DNA of 64,000 nt from Parcubacteria group bacterium (lineage in GTDB: Bacteria; Patescibacteriota; Minisyncoccia; Phycocordibacterales; GCA-002724975): positions 1,152-65,151 of the forward strand of contig PBQF01000039.1 of assembly GCA_002724975.1 (NCBI GenBank), given 5' to 3'. Positions within the stretch are counted from its first letter, which is position 1, and the number at the start of each line of letters is the position of its first letter. This document shows positions 17,841-27,576 of the stretch, one piece after another. Position numbers and translations under genes: made by a program. The notes below the pieces were generated by a model. It was not told the origin of the DNA. It saw only the letters and a program-made list of their open reading frames with translations, and ran no database searches.

Positions 17841-18290
17841 ATGATTCACACTGATTTGAAAAAAGAAATGCAGGAGGCTTTGAAAGCTAAAGAAGAAGTT
17901 AGACTATCGGTTATCCGAGGACTTTTGAGTGCCTTTACCAATGAGCTTGTGACTAAAAAAAGAAAGCCGGACGGAGAGCTTAGTGACGAAGAAGCAATGG
18001 AGGTAATTTCAAGAGGTGCCAAACAAAGAAAAGATTCTATCGAGCAGTTTAGAAAAGGCGGACGGGAAGATTTGGCTCAAAAAGAAGAGGAGGAGCTTAA
18101 AATTCTTGAAAATTATCTGCCAGAAATGATGAGTTGTAAAGAAATTGAAAAAATTGCCCAAGCCAAAAAAGAAGAGATGGGGGTTGATGATAAGGCCAAA
18201 ATGGGAATGTTAATGGGAGCAATTATGAAAGAATTAAAAGGTAAAGCTAATGGTGAAGATGTAAAAACCGTTGTTGAAGGCTTATTTTAA
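17841..18290 (+). CDS. GatB/YqeY domain protein
   Basis: MIHTDLKKEMQEALKAKEEVRLSVIRGLLSAF... typical YqeY. The track start at 17814 is an unsupported extension. Confidence 0.7.
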   Translation: MIHTDLKKEMQEALKAKEEVRLSVIRGLLSAFTNELVTKKRKPDGELSDEEAMEVISRGAKQRKDSIEQFRKGGREDLAQKEEEELKILENYLPEMMSCKEIEKIAQAKKEEMGVDDKAKMGMLMGAIMKELKGKANGEDVKTVVEGLF

Positions 18291-18313
18291 ATTTTAATTA
18301 TATAAACACCACG

Positions 18314-18348
18314 ACCGCGGACAGCAAATTGTCCGCGGTTTTAGTTTT
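18314..18348 (+). terminator. intrinsic terminator (ACCGCGGACA-gcaaat-TGTCCGCGGT + TTTAGTTTT)
   Basis: Perfect 10-bp stem immediately after the yqeY-like stop. Confidence 0.75.
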
Positions 18349-18539
18349 AAATCATCAAGGAAACCCTGACTTACGTCTCCGAGCAGAGCTCAGAATTAGA
18401 TAGTAAACATAAGCGGGGGAACACACGATGACACAGGCTGAGAGACCCAGAATCAATAGGATAAGGGTCACAATCTTCTTGATTCTCTTCATGGTCTTCA
18501 CCTCTAAACTCAGACTACCATCCTGAAAAACGAAGTCAA

Positions 18540-20507
18540 TTAAGGTGCCACTCCATATTTCCACTCTAGGATTTCGTAATCAAAGGTAGGCGGCGCAGAA
18601 GAACCGTCTTTGAAAAAGTTTGTGAAAAGAGTGTAATCATCAAAAGCAGGACCAATCCGAATTTTGAAAATAGCAACAAAGAAATCACTTCCCTGCACCG
18701 CTCCATTACCAGTATAGTTATCGCCCTGTTCCGTTTTTTCAACATCAATATGATTCGTAAAATGTGAAGCTAATTCAGTGGAACTAGCAATAATTCCTTT
18801 GAAAACTACCCGATGTCCTTTTCCTGACATTGAAGCAGTAGCAAGATAGGTACAATAGCCATCATTTTCTGGAGTCCCGTCTGTTGGAGAATAATAACCG
18901 CCGGAAAGATAGGTTGAGGTTTCGGGCATACAATAGTATCCGGCTACTTTTACAGCATTTGAATTCGCTGCTTTTGGCGTTCCATTTATGTCATTCCCAC
19001 CAGAATCTGTGCCATTTCGATTAAAGCCATTATTTGACCTCCAATTTGTTGAGATACTTCCTAAAGTACCAGTATCAATCCTCTCCATTGAAAACGGATT
19101 TGCTACATTAGAACCAGCACACCATGAGCCCGAACAGCTTGATGTAGTTGGCGTTGAATCAAGAGTGGTGCTGGCTTGTCCGCCAAGAGCATGAATCAAA
19201 CTTAGAGTTTCTTGTGTGTTCGACAGTTCGGAACCTGCTCCATCTCCGCTAAACGCAGCAGTTAAATCTGCGGTAACACTTGTTGCATCGTCGTCGGTCC
19301 TTTCAATCAAATAGTAACTTGATGCGGCGATGGTGCCCGTCAAATTAATTAAAGGCACTCCGTCTGAAGCGACAATTTTCACACTTGATAAATCAATAGT
19401 GCCTGAACTCCTGTTGTATAGCTCAATCCATTCATCAGCAGTGGAAGATTGTGTCCCCGCCCAAGCAATTTCATTAATTACAACTGGCATTGTCGAAACG
19501 TCTACGCTTTGAGCGGTTGATGTTGAAGTATTGTTTGAAGTATCTGCTACACTCACTTCAACTGACACACTTGCGCCATTTGAAACTGAAAGTGTGGTTG
19601 AAGTTCCTGTTAAAGTTTCTTGAAGCACTCCGTCTTTCCAAACTTTATAGGAAGCAATGCCTGTTGATGATGAAGTCCAAGAGATATCTATAGTTTCGCT
19701 TCCTGAAAGACAAGTTGTGGTGCTTAAAGAATTATCACACTGAAGAATTGAGAAGGTGTCAAAGGTCGGCGCAGTTGTATCAATTTCAAGCTCTATAATC
19801 GTGCCATTAATAGCGACATTCCCTGCTTCATCAGTTGCATAAAAAATAATTGTGTTAGAACCTTCCGAAATACCAGAAAGAGTTAAAGACCAAGTTCCGT
19901 TTGTTGCAACCGCAGTGTCAGAAGAAAAATCAGTACTAACAGTACTATCTGCTTCTGCAGTCCCTTCAAAAGTAATTGTTGAAGTTGCAAAAGGAGAACT
20001 AAAATCATCAGGTGAAATAACAACCGGTTTGTCGGGAGCAGTTGCATCTACAACCGCAGCACCACCACCACCGCCACCGCCGGAAATTATTTCTCCACTA
20101 CCACTCCCTCCACCCAATGATGATTCAGGGGGTGAAAAATCTGGCTCAACAAAAGGCTCAATTACAGTTTCTAAAACTGGTTCTGGTGTCGATTCCGGTG
20201 CAGAGATAAAAACAGGATTTGGTTCAGGTGTCGGCTCAGGTACAGGAACTGGATCAGGGACTGGCGTTGGTTCTGGAACAACTTCAACAACAGGTTCCGG
20301 AGCCGATTCTGGCTCAGAGTTTTCTTGAACAACTCTGACTGCAGATGCTATACTATTATTTCTGTAATTGATGCCACCTAATTTATCTAATCCTTTTAAG
20401 ACTTCTGGCCAAAAAAATAATAAGAGAAAAGCAAGAATAAAAAGAACAACACTCAAAAAAGCAAAAAAGCCAAGGTTAGAATGTTTCTTTTCAAAATTAT
20501 CCTCCAT
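18540..20507 (-). CDS. secreted/surface protein with Pro-rich linker, Gly-rich segment, Ig-like repeats and a lamin tail domain (LTD)
   Basis: N-terminal TM, a PEPTPVPDPVPVPEPTPEP linker, and VVINEIAWAGTQSSTADEWIELYNRSSGTIDLSSVKI which matches LTD. Confidence 0.65.
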   Translation of the reverse strand: MEDNFEKKHSNLGFFAFLSVVLFILAFLLLFFWPEVLKGLDKLGGINYRNNSIASAVRVVQENSEPESAPEPVVEVVPEPTPVPDPVPVPEPTPEPNPVFISAPESTPEPVLETVIEPFVEPDFSPPESSLGGGSGSGEIISGGGGGGGAAVVDATAPDKPVVISPDDFSSPFATSTITFEGTAEADSTVSTDFSSDTAVATNGTWSLTLSGISEGSNTIIFYATDEAGNVAINGTIIELEIDTTAPTFDTFSILQCDNSLSTTTCLSGSETIDISWTSSSTGIASYKVWKDGVLQETLTGTSTTLSVSNGASVSVEVSVADTSNNTSTSTAQSVDVSTMPVVINEIAWAGTQSSTADEWIELYNRSSGTIDLSSVKIVASDGVPLINLTGTIAASSYYLIERTDDDATSVTADLTAAFSGDGAGSELSNTQETLSLIHALGGQASTTLDSTPTTSSCSGSWCAGSNVANPFSMERIDTGTLGSISTNWRSNNGFNRNGTDSGGNDINGTPKAANSNAVKVAGYYCMPETSTYLSGGYYSPTDGTPENDGYCTYLATASMSGKGHRVVFKGIIASSTELASHFTNHIDVEKTEQGDNYTGNGAVQGSDFFVAIFKIRIGPAFDDYTLFTNFFKDGSSAPPTFDYEILEWKYGVAP

Positions 20508-20572
20508 AAAAAAATTATACCCTTAATCTAATATAGATATTCATTGAAAAGTTGAAAAGCTGTGGAAATACT

Positions 20573-20755
20573 TTATTTCCAGTCTTTAATAACAATCATA
20601 CTCCCTTTTCTTTTTAAAACCACTTTTTGTTTGCCTCTCCATTTAAGTTTTCGAACAAATTCCACAGGAATATTGACAGATACACTCCTACCGCCACCAG
20701 AACGAACAAGTTTCCGTATATTTCTTTCTTCTACTTTTTTTCTTGACATATTCCT
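20573..20755 (-). CDS. SpoVT/AbrB (MazE-like swapped-hairpin) small DNA-binding protein
   Basis: 60-aa MSRKKVEERNIRKLVRSGGGRSVSVNIPVEFVRKLKWRGKQKVVLKRKGSMIVIKDWK. Absent from the ORF track (borderline length) and antisense to the spurious + ORF at 20562-20795. Confidence 0.5.
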   Translation of the reverse strand, partial: RNMSRKKVEERNIRKLVRSGGGRSVSVNIPVEFVRKLKWRGKQKVVLKRKGSMIVIKDWK

Positions 20756-20828
20756 ATTATATCACTCTGCTCTGTGCTTGCACGGTGCACTATAGCCACC
20801 CCAAGCTTGGGGTAATGGGTGTGTATGT

Positions 20829-20860
20829 ATGAAAAGGGAACCTTTCTTCGGAAAGGTCCC
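20829..20860 (-). terminator. intrinsic terminator of cassette 4 (GGGACCTTTC-cgaa-GAAAGGTTCCC + TTTTC)
   Basis: Near-perfect 10-11-bp stem at 20836-20860 with a T-tract on the minus strand. Confidence 0.7.
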
Positions 20861-20889
20861 TGTTTAGTTTGCGCCGTAAGACGCCTCTT

Positions 20890-21153
20890 CTAGGCAGAGC
20901 CACATAAAATCGTAGCCTCGCCATCCTCATAAATCAGCTTCCTCCTTCTCTGTGAACACTCACTAAGGAAGCCTGGCGTCTCGGTGAAAATGTCAGCTGG
21001 AGCCATATACCAAGTCAGTAGACCGACAAGACGACCTTCGCTGTCGAGCCTGTGAGCTGCTAGCAACAATTTCTTTTTGTCACGAGCAACACTGATGAAT
21101 GGTCCCTCAATCATCCAGAACTCACCAGATGAAAGCGGTGTCGGCACCACCAT
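20890..21153 (-). CDS. hypothetical small protein (74-87 aa; alternative ATG at 21114), GC-rich cassette 4 gene 2
   Basis: GC3-rich ORF. The ATG at 21112-21114 lies 10 nt after the upstream gene's stop, behind a GGTGAG SD-like element. Confidence 0.45.
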   Translation of the reverse strand: MVVPTPLSSGEFWMIEGPFISVARDKKKLLLAAHRLDSEGRLVGLLTWYMAPADIFTETPGFLSECSQRRRKLIYEDGEATILCGSA

Positions 21154-21328
21154 TTCGCATGACCCAAAGTGATTGGGTAATCTGCGAAGTCAGTTCCGAT
21201 CCCTCCGCTCGCGTCTCTAAGAAGTACGCGAGAAGCACCGCCAACAAAACTCCTACCCCAATAGTGCCCAAGACCAGCTTGAGTACAGTTGAGAAACTCG
21301 GCGCCTTGTCCATCTCTTCTACCTGCAT
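21122..21328 (-). CDS. hypothetical single-TM small membrane protein (about 68 aa), GC-rich cassette 4 gene 1
   Basis: MQVEEMDKAPSFSTVLKLVLGTIGVGVLLAVLLAYFLE... with a GGGGGT SD 5 nt upstream. Confidence 0.45.
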   Translation of the reverse strand: MQVEEMDKAPSFSTVLKLVLGTIGVGVLLAVLLAYFLETRAEGSELTSQITQSLWVMRNGGADTAFIW

Positions 21329-21370
21329 TAATACCCCCATTAAAAGGATGGGCCTAGTTATCCCCCACTG

Positions 21371-21399
21371 ATTAGACCAAAAAGGAAGATTAAAATCAA
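21371..21399 (-). promoter_or_regulatory. sigma70-like promoter of cassette 4 (TTGATT-17-TCTAAT)
   Basis: -35 at 21394-21399 and -10 at 21371-21376 on the minus strand. Confidence 0.45.
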
Positions 21400-21400
21400 G

Positions 21401-21568
21401 CTAGCAATCAGTCGAGTCTTCAGGACACTCTCGCACAATACTTTCGGACGAAATTTCACCGGAATTATTCTCTGCAACTCCAGCAAGATAAATCAAAACA
21501 AGACTAACAAAAATTACACCAATGAAACCAAACAGAAACCTGTAAAAGTTTTTTGTCAGAATTTCCAT
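21401..21568 (-). CDS. hypothetical small membrane protein (55 aa)
   Basis: MEILTKNFYRFLFGFIGVIFVSLVLIYLAGVAENN... Host-like AT-rich codons. Lies between the TPR gene and cassette 4. Below the ORF-track length cutoff. Confidence 0.35.
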   Translation of the reverse strand: MEILTKNFYRFLFGFIGVIFVSLVLIYLAGVAENNSGEISSESIVRECPEDSTDC

Positions 21569-21586
21569 AATTCCAATTATACCAAA

Positions 21587-22369
21587 TTAAAGTTTTTCCA
21601 ACTCACTTTCTGCGTGATTCTGAATATCAATTAATCCAAGCGTTTCTGCTAGAGCAACTGTTTCTTTAAAGAATTTCTTAGCGTTAACAACATCTCCGGT
21701 ATCACGATAATACTCGGCTTTTTTTAAAGGGAAATATATTTCATCCATTAAAAGATTACTCCCCTGCTCTAAAAGAAGTAGAGCATTTGCTCTGTCTTCA
21801 AGCTTGAAAAAGAAAATATTATAAAGGTTGTCGTAATAATTGAGATAGGCCGGATTCTTCTCAATTGCTTGAACATAGAAGTCTTTGGACTTTTCAATAT
21901 CAAGCAAATTAGTATAGTAGAGATTTCCAAGATTTCCATATGCAACATGGTCAAATGACCAAACTTGAGTCATAAACAACCAAATTTCCTCCGCACCTTT
22001 GTAGTCTTCTATTGAGTTTCTAAAAAGAGCCAATTGAAGCCATTCACCCCGGAGAGCTGGGTCTTCTTTTAGTGCAGAAACAATTGTTTGATATTGTTCC
22101 ATTGTATTATTCTTTATTTCCTCACTATAAATTTCAGGAACGGTAAACTCTCTATCTAAGCCTGGAATTATTTCCTCTGGTATTTCCTCCCCAAAAGAAG
22201 CGTCTACTCTATTTTCTCCATCGGTAATAGTATCCGAAGTAGTTGTAGAAGTATTCTCTTCATTGTCTGGAGCTTTTCCGATATTAGTCAAATCATTATA
22301 GATAAAATACCCAAGGGCACCCAGTAAGATTATAAGCAATAATATAGGCAGGATTGTTTGTTTATTCAT
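21587..22369 (-). CDS. TPR-repeat protein with N-terminal membrane anchor
   Basis: Start at MNKQTILPILLLIILLGALGYFIYN; the C-terminal half carries TPR-like repeats. Confidence 0.6.
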   Translation of the reverse strand: MNKQTILPILLLIILLGALGYFIYNDLTNIGKAPDNEENTSTTTSDTITDGENRVDASFGEEIPEEIIPGLDREFTVPEIYSEEIKNNTMEQYQTIVSALKEDPALRGEWLQLALFRNSIEDYKGAEEIWLFMTQVWSFDHVAYGNLGNLYYTNLLDIEKSKDFYVQAIEKNPAYLNYYDNLYNIFFFKLEDRANALLLLEQGSNLLMDEIYFPLKKAEYYRDTGDVVNAKKFFKETVALAETLGLIDIQNHAESELEKL

Positions 22370-22527
22370 AGGGACATATATTAACAAAAAACCACCCCTA
22401 TACAAAGGAGTGATTTTTTGCTCAACTTATCTCTTCTGGCCACAACAAAAGCCGCCCAAAGGGCGGCTTTTGCCTTGCTAGCAGACTCCTTCACAAGAGA
22501 AGCGCTAGTAGAGTAATGACTAGATTA

Positions 22528-25500
22528 CTAGATGGTGTGCCCAATAGACTCCGCAGTCATATTAGATGACGGAAGTCCTTGTACCTGATAACCATTAGTG
22601 AAGTCTAGGTCATTGATTGTGTTCTGAGTTGTGGTTGAGATTGGTGACCAAAGGAAGTCATCATTTGTGTCTCCGTCTAGACCACTTGCGACCTCCATCC
22701 ATGTAGCTGCGTTAACTGAGTAAGCCGCGTCACCCAATAGACTAACACTGATACTTTCTGAACCCGTTGAGGTCCTTAGATTACTTGCTGTAGCTCTAAG
22801 TTCGAAGTATCGTGTTGCACCACTTGGAACAACATAAGTCGTTGTAGCTGAACTCTCACCTGTTTTATCAGGATAAATTTCAACTATTGACTTCTGAGTC
22901 GTTGCACCTGTTGTGTCACCTAGGCCGTTGAAGGCTGAGCCTCCATTAAGTAGACCATCTGATGAGAATGTGGTATCAGCGGAGCTGAAGTCATTAGAAG
23001 TGTATGCATACAATTCATAATTTGTGGTTGTAGCATATACTGTTGACGATCCAACACTGAATGACCACTTGTAAAGAGCAACGTCTCCATCAACTGCAGT
23101 TACCATGAACTTGTAGAGAGTGTTAGCACCTGTCTCGAGAACCTTCTCGGCTGAGGTTAGCGCCACTCTTTCAAGGGTTGGGTAAGCTGCCATAATCCTC
23201 ACACCCTGTGAAGCAGTATCGCTTCCTGCTGGTGTGATATTTGATCCTGAAGCATCGCCTGTTCCGTAGTTACCATTGACTCCTTCGTTATCACCGTCAT
23301 AGTCAACCTTTAGAAGGTCACCTGACCTGGTCATAGGACCATTTGCGGTAATAGCTCCAATGTCACCCTTAACAACAAGTATCTTTGATCCTCCATTAGG
23401 AACCGTAAAGGTTGATGTCAAAGTTGAGGTTGCAAAGTCTCCAGTTGGGAATGTGGCAGAACCATATTCGTTTCCATCAGTGTCCCAAAGAGTTACTTTC
23501 CTTCCAACAAGAGCATTAGGTGTGTTTGATGCAACATCGGTTAGCTGTAGAGCTACCTGTTGCAAGCTAATGTCTTCGTTTAGAGCAGAGAACTTAATCC
23601 TTGATAGCTCAACGCCTGTTGAACCAGCTGACACAATCCTGTAGCCTGGGCTACCAGTGTCAAGCGTAGGGGTTAAGGTTCCACCTGTTGCTGAAGTCAT
23701 TAACTGACCGTTTGCTTCATTAAGTGTTTCTGTAACTGTCTGTCCTGATGTAAGACCAGTAGCACCTGTAAATCCAGATGCCTGACCTGTGTCTAGTCCC
23801 CACCAGTAAATACCAGTTGCTCCTGATGAAAGGTCACATACTAGAGACAATGTCTTAGATGTTCCCTTTGATAGAAGAAGGCCAGTACCGTCAAAGGTAA
23901 AGGACGTTGATGAACCAACTGCAGATGGGTTTACAACATTTGAACCACTTGTTACAGATGTTGAACCGTCCATCAATTGACAGTTAGAAACGTCTGTAGC
24001 AGTACCACTTGTATCGTAGTACAACGGAATTGTTGTCAACCTTACATCTTCTCCCGAACTTGAAACATCAAGGATATAGTTTGCATACGTGAATCCACTT
24101 TCTCCGGCAATAACAGTCTGGGCAAGTGGAATACTCGATACAGAAACTGTAAGAGCTCCAGCTTTGATTGTCATTGTGTTTGTTGTAAGAGCAGATGCTG
24201 GTGATGGGGTAATTGTGTTACCTGTAACCGATCCTCTCACTGTACCCCAGTCTGTTGGAGTAGTTGAAGCAAGAAGTGTGTCATCTGTATCCAAGTCAGT
24301 ACCAACCTTAGCCTTAATGGTGTAAGTGTTGATTCCAACTGGGAATGTAACTGTGTCAGAGAAGACGAATGAACCAACAGATGAGCCTGTCGTATCTGAA
24401 CTGTCGGCAGCAGTACCATCGACTGGTCCTGCAACAACAGATCCGTTTGCGTCAACAAGAACAATGTTTGTTAGGTCGTCACCATCTTCTGTTGTGGCGT
24501 TACCAATTTGTAGGTTGAAAGGAATTTTTGCAACACTAATTGATTCGCCTCGTACGTCAACATCAAATGCTCCAATAGCAACATTTAGTGTGTTGACTGA
24601 AATATTCTGAGCTGGAACTGCACTTGAAGTAGAAACATTAATTGTTCCTGCTGTAACAGTTACGACAGCACCGTCATACCACGGGTCTTCACTAGAAGTG
24701 AAACAAGCTGTACCTGTGGTTCCACCACAAGAGTTTGTCTGTGGAGGTGTAAGACCATATCCGTACAAATTACCTACTACATTAACATCAGTTCTCTTAG
24801 CAATATCGAAGGCAACATTTCGGCCTGAACCGCCAGATATATCACCTTTAACTGATATTTCCTTAGAAAATCCTTTGTCAATTTCAAGTCCTCCTGGGAA
24901 GACTGTAGTGTAGACATCGTTAGATACGCTTACAGGATAAGCAACACCATCAACATAGGTCATCACGTTATCTAGGTCACCCGGACCAGCAGAACCTGTT
25001 TGGTCCCATCTGACTGAGTTAAGAGTAACTTTTTCTGCAGAACCTGCAGAAACCTTAATTGATGAGAATGTATATCCTGTTTCTCCAACTTCCTTAGATT
25101 GAGCTGCTCCTGGGTCTGTTGAACCACGAGCCATGGTAACTGCACCAATGGTCAAGCTCTCGTTCATTGTGTGAAGTGCACCAGAAATTGGAAGTGAGCC
25201 TGAAACGGCTGCACTAGTGTTCACTGCAACAACATCCATTCCAATAACTTCTCCTGCACCTGAAGGTGAAAGAGATGCGGGTCTGTTGACCGCAATAGTC
25301 ATAGTTCTTGAGTGACCGGCTTCAATTGTGAAGTCCTCGGTCAATGTTGCTTGGTGCGAAGAGTTTAGGGTCTTGGCAATACCTAATTGCGTCCCATTCT
25401 CGTCAAGGAGAACGGCACCGTCAACGTTTCCGTCGACACCAACTCCAACTCTCTGAACAACAATTCCATCAACAACAACATCCCCGTCAGCTGAAGCTGT

Positions 25501-26202
25501 AAAAGTAACGTTTGTAAATGGAATTCTAGCTGCTCCCAATGGAGCAAGCTGTGCGGCAGGTTGTGCTGGTGAAGAAACAGTTAATCCAGATCCTGCTGGA
25601 GCTGGTGTAGCTGATTCATCTTCACCTTCATCGTCGCCTGTCATTGCATCACAAAGTGATTGTGCATGAGCTCTTGATGAAGGGCCCCAGTATCCCGTAC
25701 CAGCTGAAAGTCCAACTGGTGTAAGAACTTCTGCGGCATACTTGTCCTGGAACTTAACAACAGCTCCTTTGGACAAAGAACCAAAGTATTCTGTCTCATT
25801 TCCAGAAGAACCAACACCTGAAGCTGCTACTTGTGTAGAAGCATCCATGTTCAAGAAACTCTGGACATTCAAGACACCTGGTCCTGAATCTCCCTGCGAG
25901 TAGTTAGTTGAAAAAGTGTAACTACATGTTCCACTTCCTCCACCACTCTGCGTGTTTAGTTGAGCTTGTAGCGCGGCGATTGTTGCCAGCAAACTATCAA
26001 TCTGAGCTTGAAGCTCTTCACTAGTTGCCCCATGTGCTAGTTGGGGAGTAGCCAAAGCTACACCAACAGACATGAAGATTGCTGCTGTAAACAATACAAC
26101 CCCTGCAACAACTCTAGAGTATTTTGAATCTCTAATTACTTGCATGTATTGATTTTTAATTTTAATACGACCGTAAGAAATAAATTTCAGACGATCGACC
26201 AT
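22528..26202 (-). CDS. giant (1224 aa) secreted surface protein, Thr/Ser/Gly/Val-rich beta-repeat architecture with PG-binding-like N-terminal module (putative adhesin/S-layer-like)
   Basis: GGAGG SD before the ATG at 26202, signal/TM, coiled coil, a PG_binding_1-like segment (GAVVKFQDKYAAEVLTPVGLSAGTGYWGPSS), then about 1000 aa of low-complexity beta-rich repeats. Confidence 0.6.
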   Translation of the reverse strand: MVDRLKFISYGRIKIKNQYMQVIRDSKYSRVVAGVVLFTAAIFMSVGVALATPQLAHGATSEELQAQIDSLLATIAALQAQLNTQSGGGSGTCSYTFSTNYSQGDSGPGVLNVQSFLNMDASTQVAASGVGSSGNETEYFGSLSKGAVVKFQDKYAAEVLTPVGLSAGTGYWGPSSRAHAQSLCDAMTGDDEGEDESATPAPAGSGLTVSSPAQPAAQLAPLGAARIPFTNVTFTASADGDVVVDGIVVQRVGVGVDGNVDGAVLLDENGTQLGIAKTLNSSHQATLTEDFTIEAGHSRTMTIAVNRPASLSPSGAGEVIGMDVVAVNTSAAVSGSLPISGALHTMNESLTIGAVTMARGSTDPGAAQSKEVGETGYTFSSIKVSAGSAEKVTLNSVRWDQTGSAGPGDLDNVMTYVDGVAYPVSVSNDVYTTVFPGGLEIDKGFSKEISVKGDISGGSGRNVAFDIAKRTDVNVVGNLYGYGLTPPQTNSCGGTTGTACFTSSEDPWYDGAVVTVTAGTINVSTSSAVPAQNISVNTLNVAIGAFDVDVRGESISVAKIPFNLQIGNATTEDGDDLTNIVLVDANGSVVAGPVDGTAADSSDTTGSSVGSFVFSDTVTFPVGINTYTIKAKVGTDLDTDDTLLASTTPTDWGTVRGSVTGNTITPSPASALTTNTMTIKAGALTVSVSSIPLAQTVIAGESGFTYANYILDVSSSGEDVRLTTIPLYYDTSGTATDVSNCQLMDGSTSVTSGSNVVNPSAVGSSTSFTFDGTGLLLSKGTSKTLSLVCDLSSGATGIYWWGLDTGQASGFTGATGLTSGQTVTETLNEANGQLMTSATGGTLTPTLDTGSPGYRIVSAGSTGVELSRIKFSALNEDISLQQVALQLTDVASNTPNALVGRKVTLWDTDGNEYGSATFPTGDFATSTLTSTFTVPNGGSKILVVKGDIGAITANGPMTRSGDLLKVDYDGDNEGVNGNYGTGDASGSNITPAGSDTASQGVRIMAAYPTLERVALTSAEKVLETGANTLYKFMVTAVDGDVALYKWSFSVGSSTVYATTTNYELYAYTSNDFSSADTTFSSDGLLNGGSAFNGLGDTTGATTQKSIVEIYPDKTGESSATTTYVVPSGATRYFELRATASNLRTSTGSESISVSLLGDAAYSVNAATWMEVASGLDGDTNDDFLWSPISTTTQNTINDLDFTNGYQVQGLPSSNMTAESIGHTI

Positions 26203-26742
26203 ATAATCCTCCGCCTTGAGCGGAGAACCGTCAGGTAAAAATTCCGACCATTCTACCTAACGCTATTCACTATCCTCTTAAGAAATAAAAGCTAGTTAAA
26301 ATAAATTTAAGCTTCCAAAAATTAAGAAGGTTAGTAACAAAACGAATAAATTAAACTCATTGCCGTCGCGGTATATTACATTGTCAAAGTTCTTCTCTCA
26401 CTCTTTAATCACTCGCCAATTTTGTCTTTGATTTTTCTATTGTTAATTGGTCTATATAAAGACCCTTATATTTTCAAGACAAAAAAGCATTCGGACAAAC
26501 AGAATCCTGAGGACATTATAAAATTTGCTTAACGTCCTCGCAAAATTAGCTTTGTGGATAACCATTCAGCCGAAAAATCAAAGATTTTCCGGAGTCATGA
26601 AACCCACTGAATTTTTACATAAATAGCGAAAAAAGTCAATGGTTAAGCCACATTTTAGGTTTTTTGTCAATTGACAGATGATTATGTAAAATTTTGAAGG
26701 AAATTGGGGGAGAAGTCTGGGTGATATTTGATAATATTTAAA

Positions 26743-27576
26743 CTAAGCCAACATATATTTACTCCACCTTCTCTCCCCTTCTTTTTTTAAGACACCAGCT
26801 TTAACTAGAGCCACTAAGTCTCTTTGAACGGTTTTTTCACTATAATCTCCTATCAAGGAAGTAATGTCTTTAATCATGACTTTTTTCTTGTCCTTTATAA
26901 TTCTGATTATTTCTTGCTTTCTTTTCGAACCAGCTGTTACTTCTTGTCCTTTTAGATTGTCCTTTTGCCCAGTTCTTAAGGACGTATTTCTAAAAGACAC
27001 ATGTCCTTTAGAAATACGTCCTTTACCATGTCCTTTAACAAAATGACTTATATTACTTTCTTCCACCGAAGAGTACCCTGGCAATTCTTCAAGTCCGCCA
27101 TATTTAGATGCCTCTCTCCCATCACCGAGTTCTGAAACCTCAAAAAAATCATTATCAATAGTGTCAGAAGAAGAATTAGTTAAATCATAGTTTTGGCTTA
27201 AAAATTGAGACAAATTAACAATTTCCCCATTCAAAACCTGATAATTCATATTAGATATAAATCCAGTATTACAGAGCAAATCAAGGAAAGAACTTAATTC
27301 ATTTATCCTATATTTCAGATCATCAAAAACTAGCACATTTTTTGAAAAATTTTTCCGGAGAGAAAAAATGTCCTTTACAAGGTCTAAACTGGACTTTCTT
27401 ATCCTCCATTTTAGTGGCTCTTGAGATGATAAATGATTGGTGACTAAATAGATTGCGCAGGAGATTTTTTGACTCTTTTGGTATATAAAGGACAATGTTG
27501 GATTACCATAAAAAACGCTTAGTTTGTCCCTTTTTGAGAGATTCTTATTTGGGTTATATCTATTATCTCTATCCAT
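26743..27576 (-). CDS. putative transcriptional regulator with C-terminal winged-helix HTH (DeoR-like)
   Basis: C-terminus IKDITSLIGDYSEKTVQRDLVALVKAGVLKKEGERRWSKY; internal KGH/KGR repeats. Confidence 0.45.
   Translation of the reverse strand: MDRDNRYNPNKNLSKRDKLSVFYGNPTLSFIYQKSQKISCAIYLVTNHLSSQEPLKWRIRKSSLDLVKDIFSLRKNFSKNVLVFDDLKYRINELSSFLDLLCNTGFISNMNYQVLNGEIVNLSQFLSQNYDLTNSSSDTIDNDFFEVSELGDGREASKYGGLEELPGYSSVEESNISHFVKGHGKGRISKGHVSFRNTSLRTGQKDNLKGQEVTAGSKRKQEIIRIIKDKKKVMIKDITSLIGDYSEKTVQRDLVALVKAGVLKKEGERRWSKYMLA

Noticed and set aside
20562-20795. 77-aa + strand ORF
   Set aside because: It is antisense to the better-supported AbrB-like minus-strand gene, with hydrophobic low-complexity translation and no start context.
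23360-24913. Plus-strand ORFs antisense to the giant surface protein gene
   Set aside because: Thr/Gly/Val-rich repeat coding DNA generates long antisense frames; no independent support.
26225-26742. CRISPR array or mobile element in the 520-bp AT-rich gap upstream of the giant surface protein gene
   Set aside because: No regularly spaced repeats and no transposase or integrase ORF were seen; it looks like an ordinary AT-rich promoter region.
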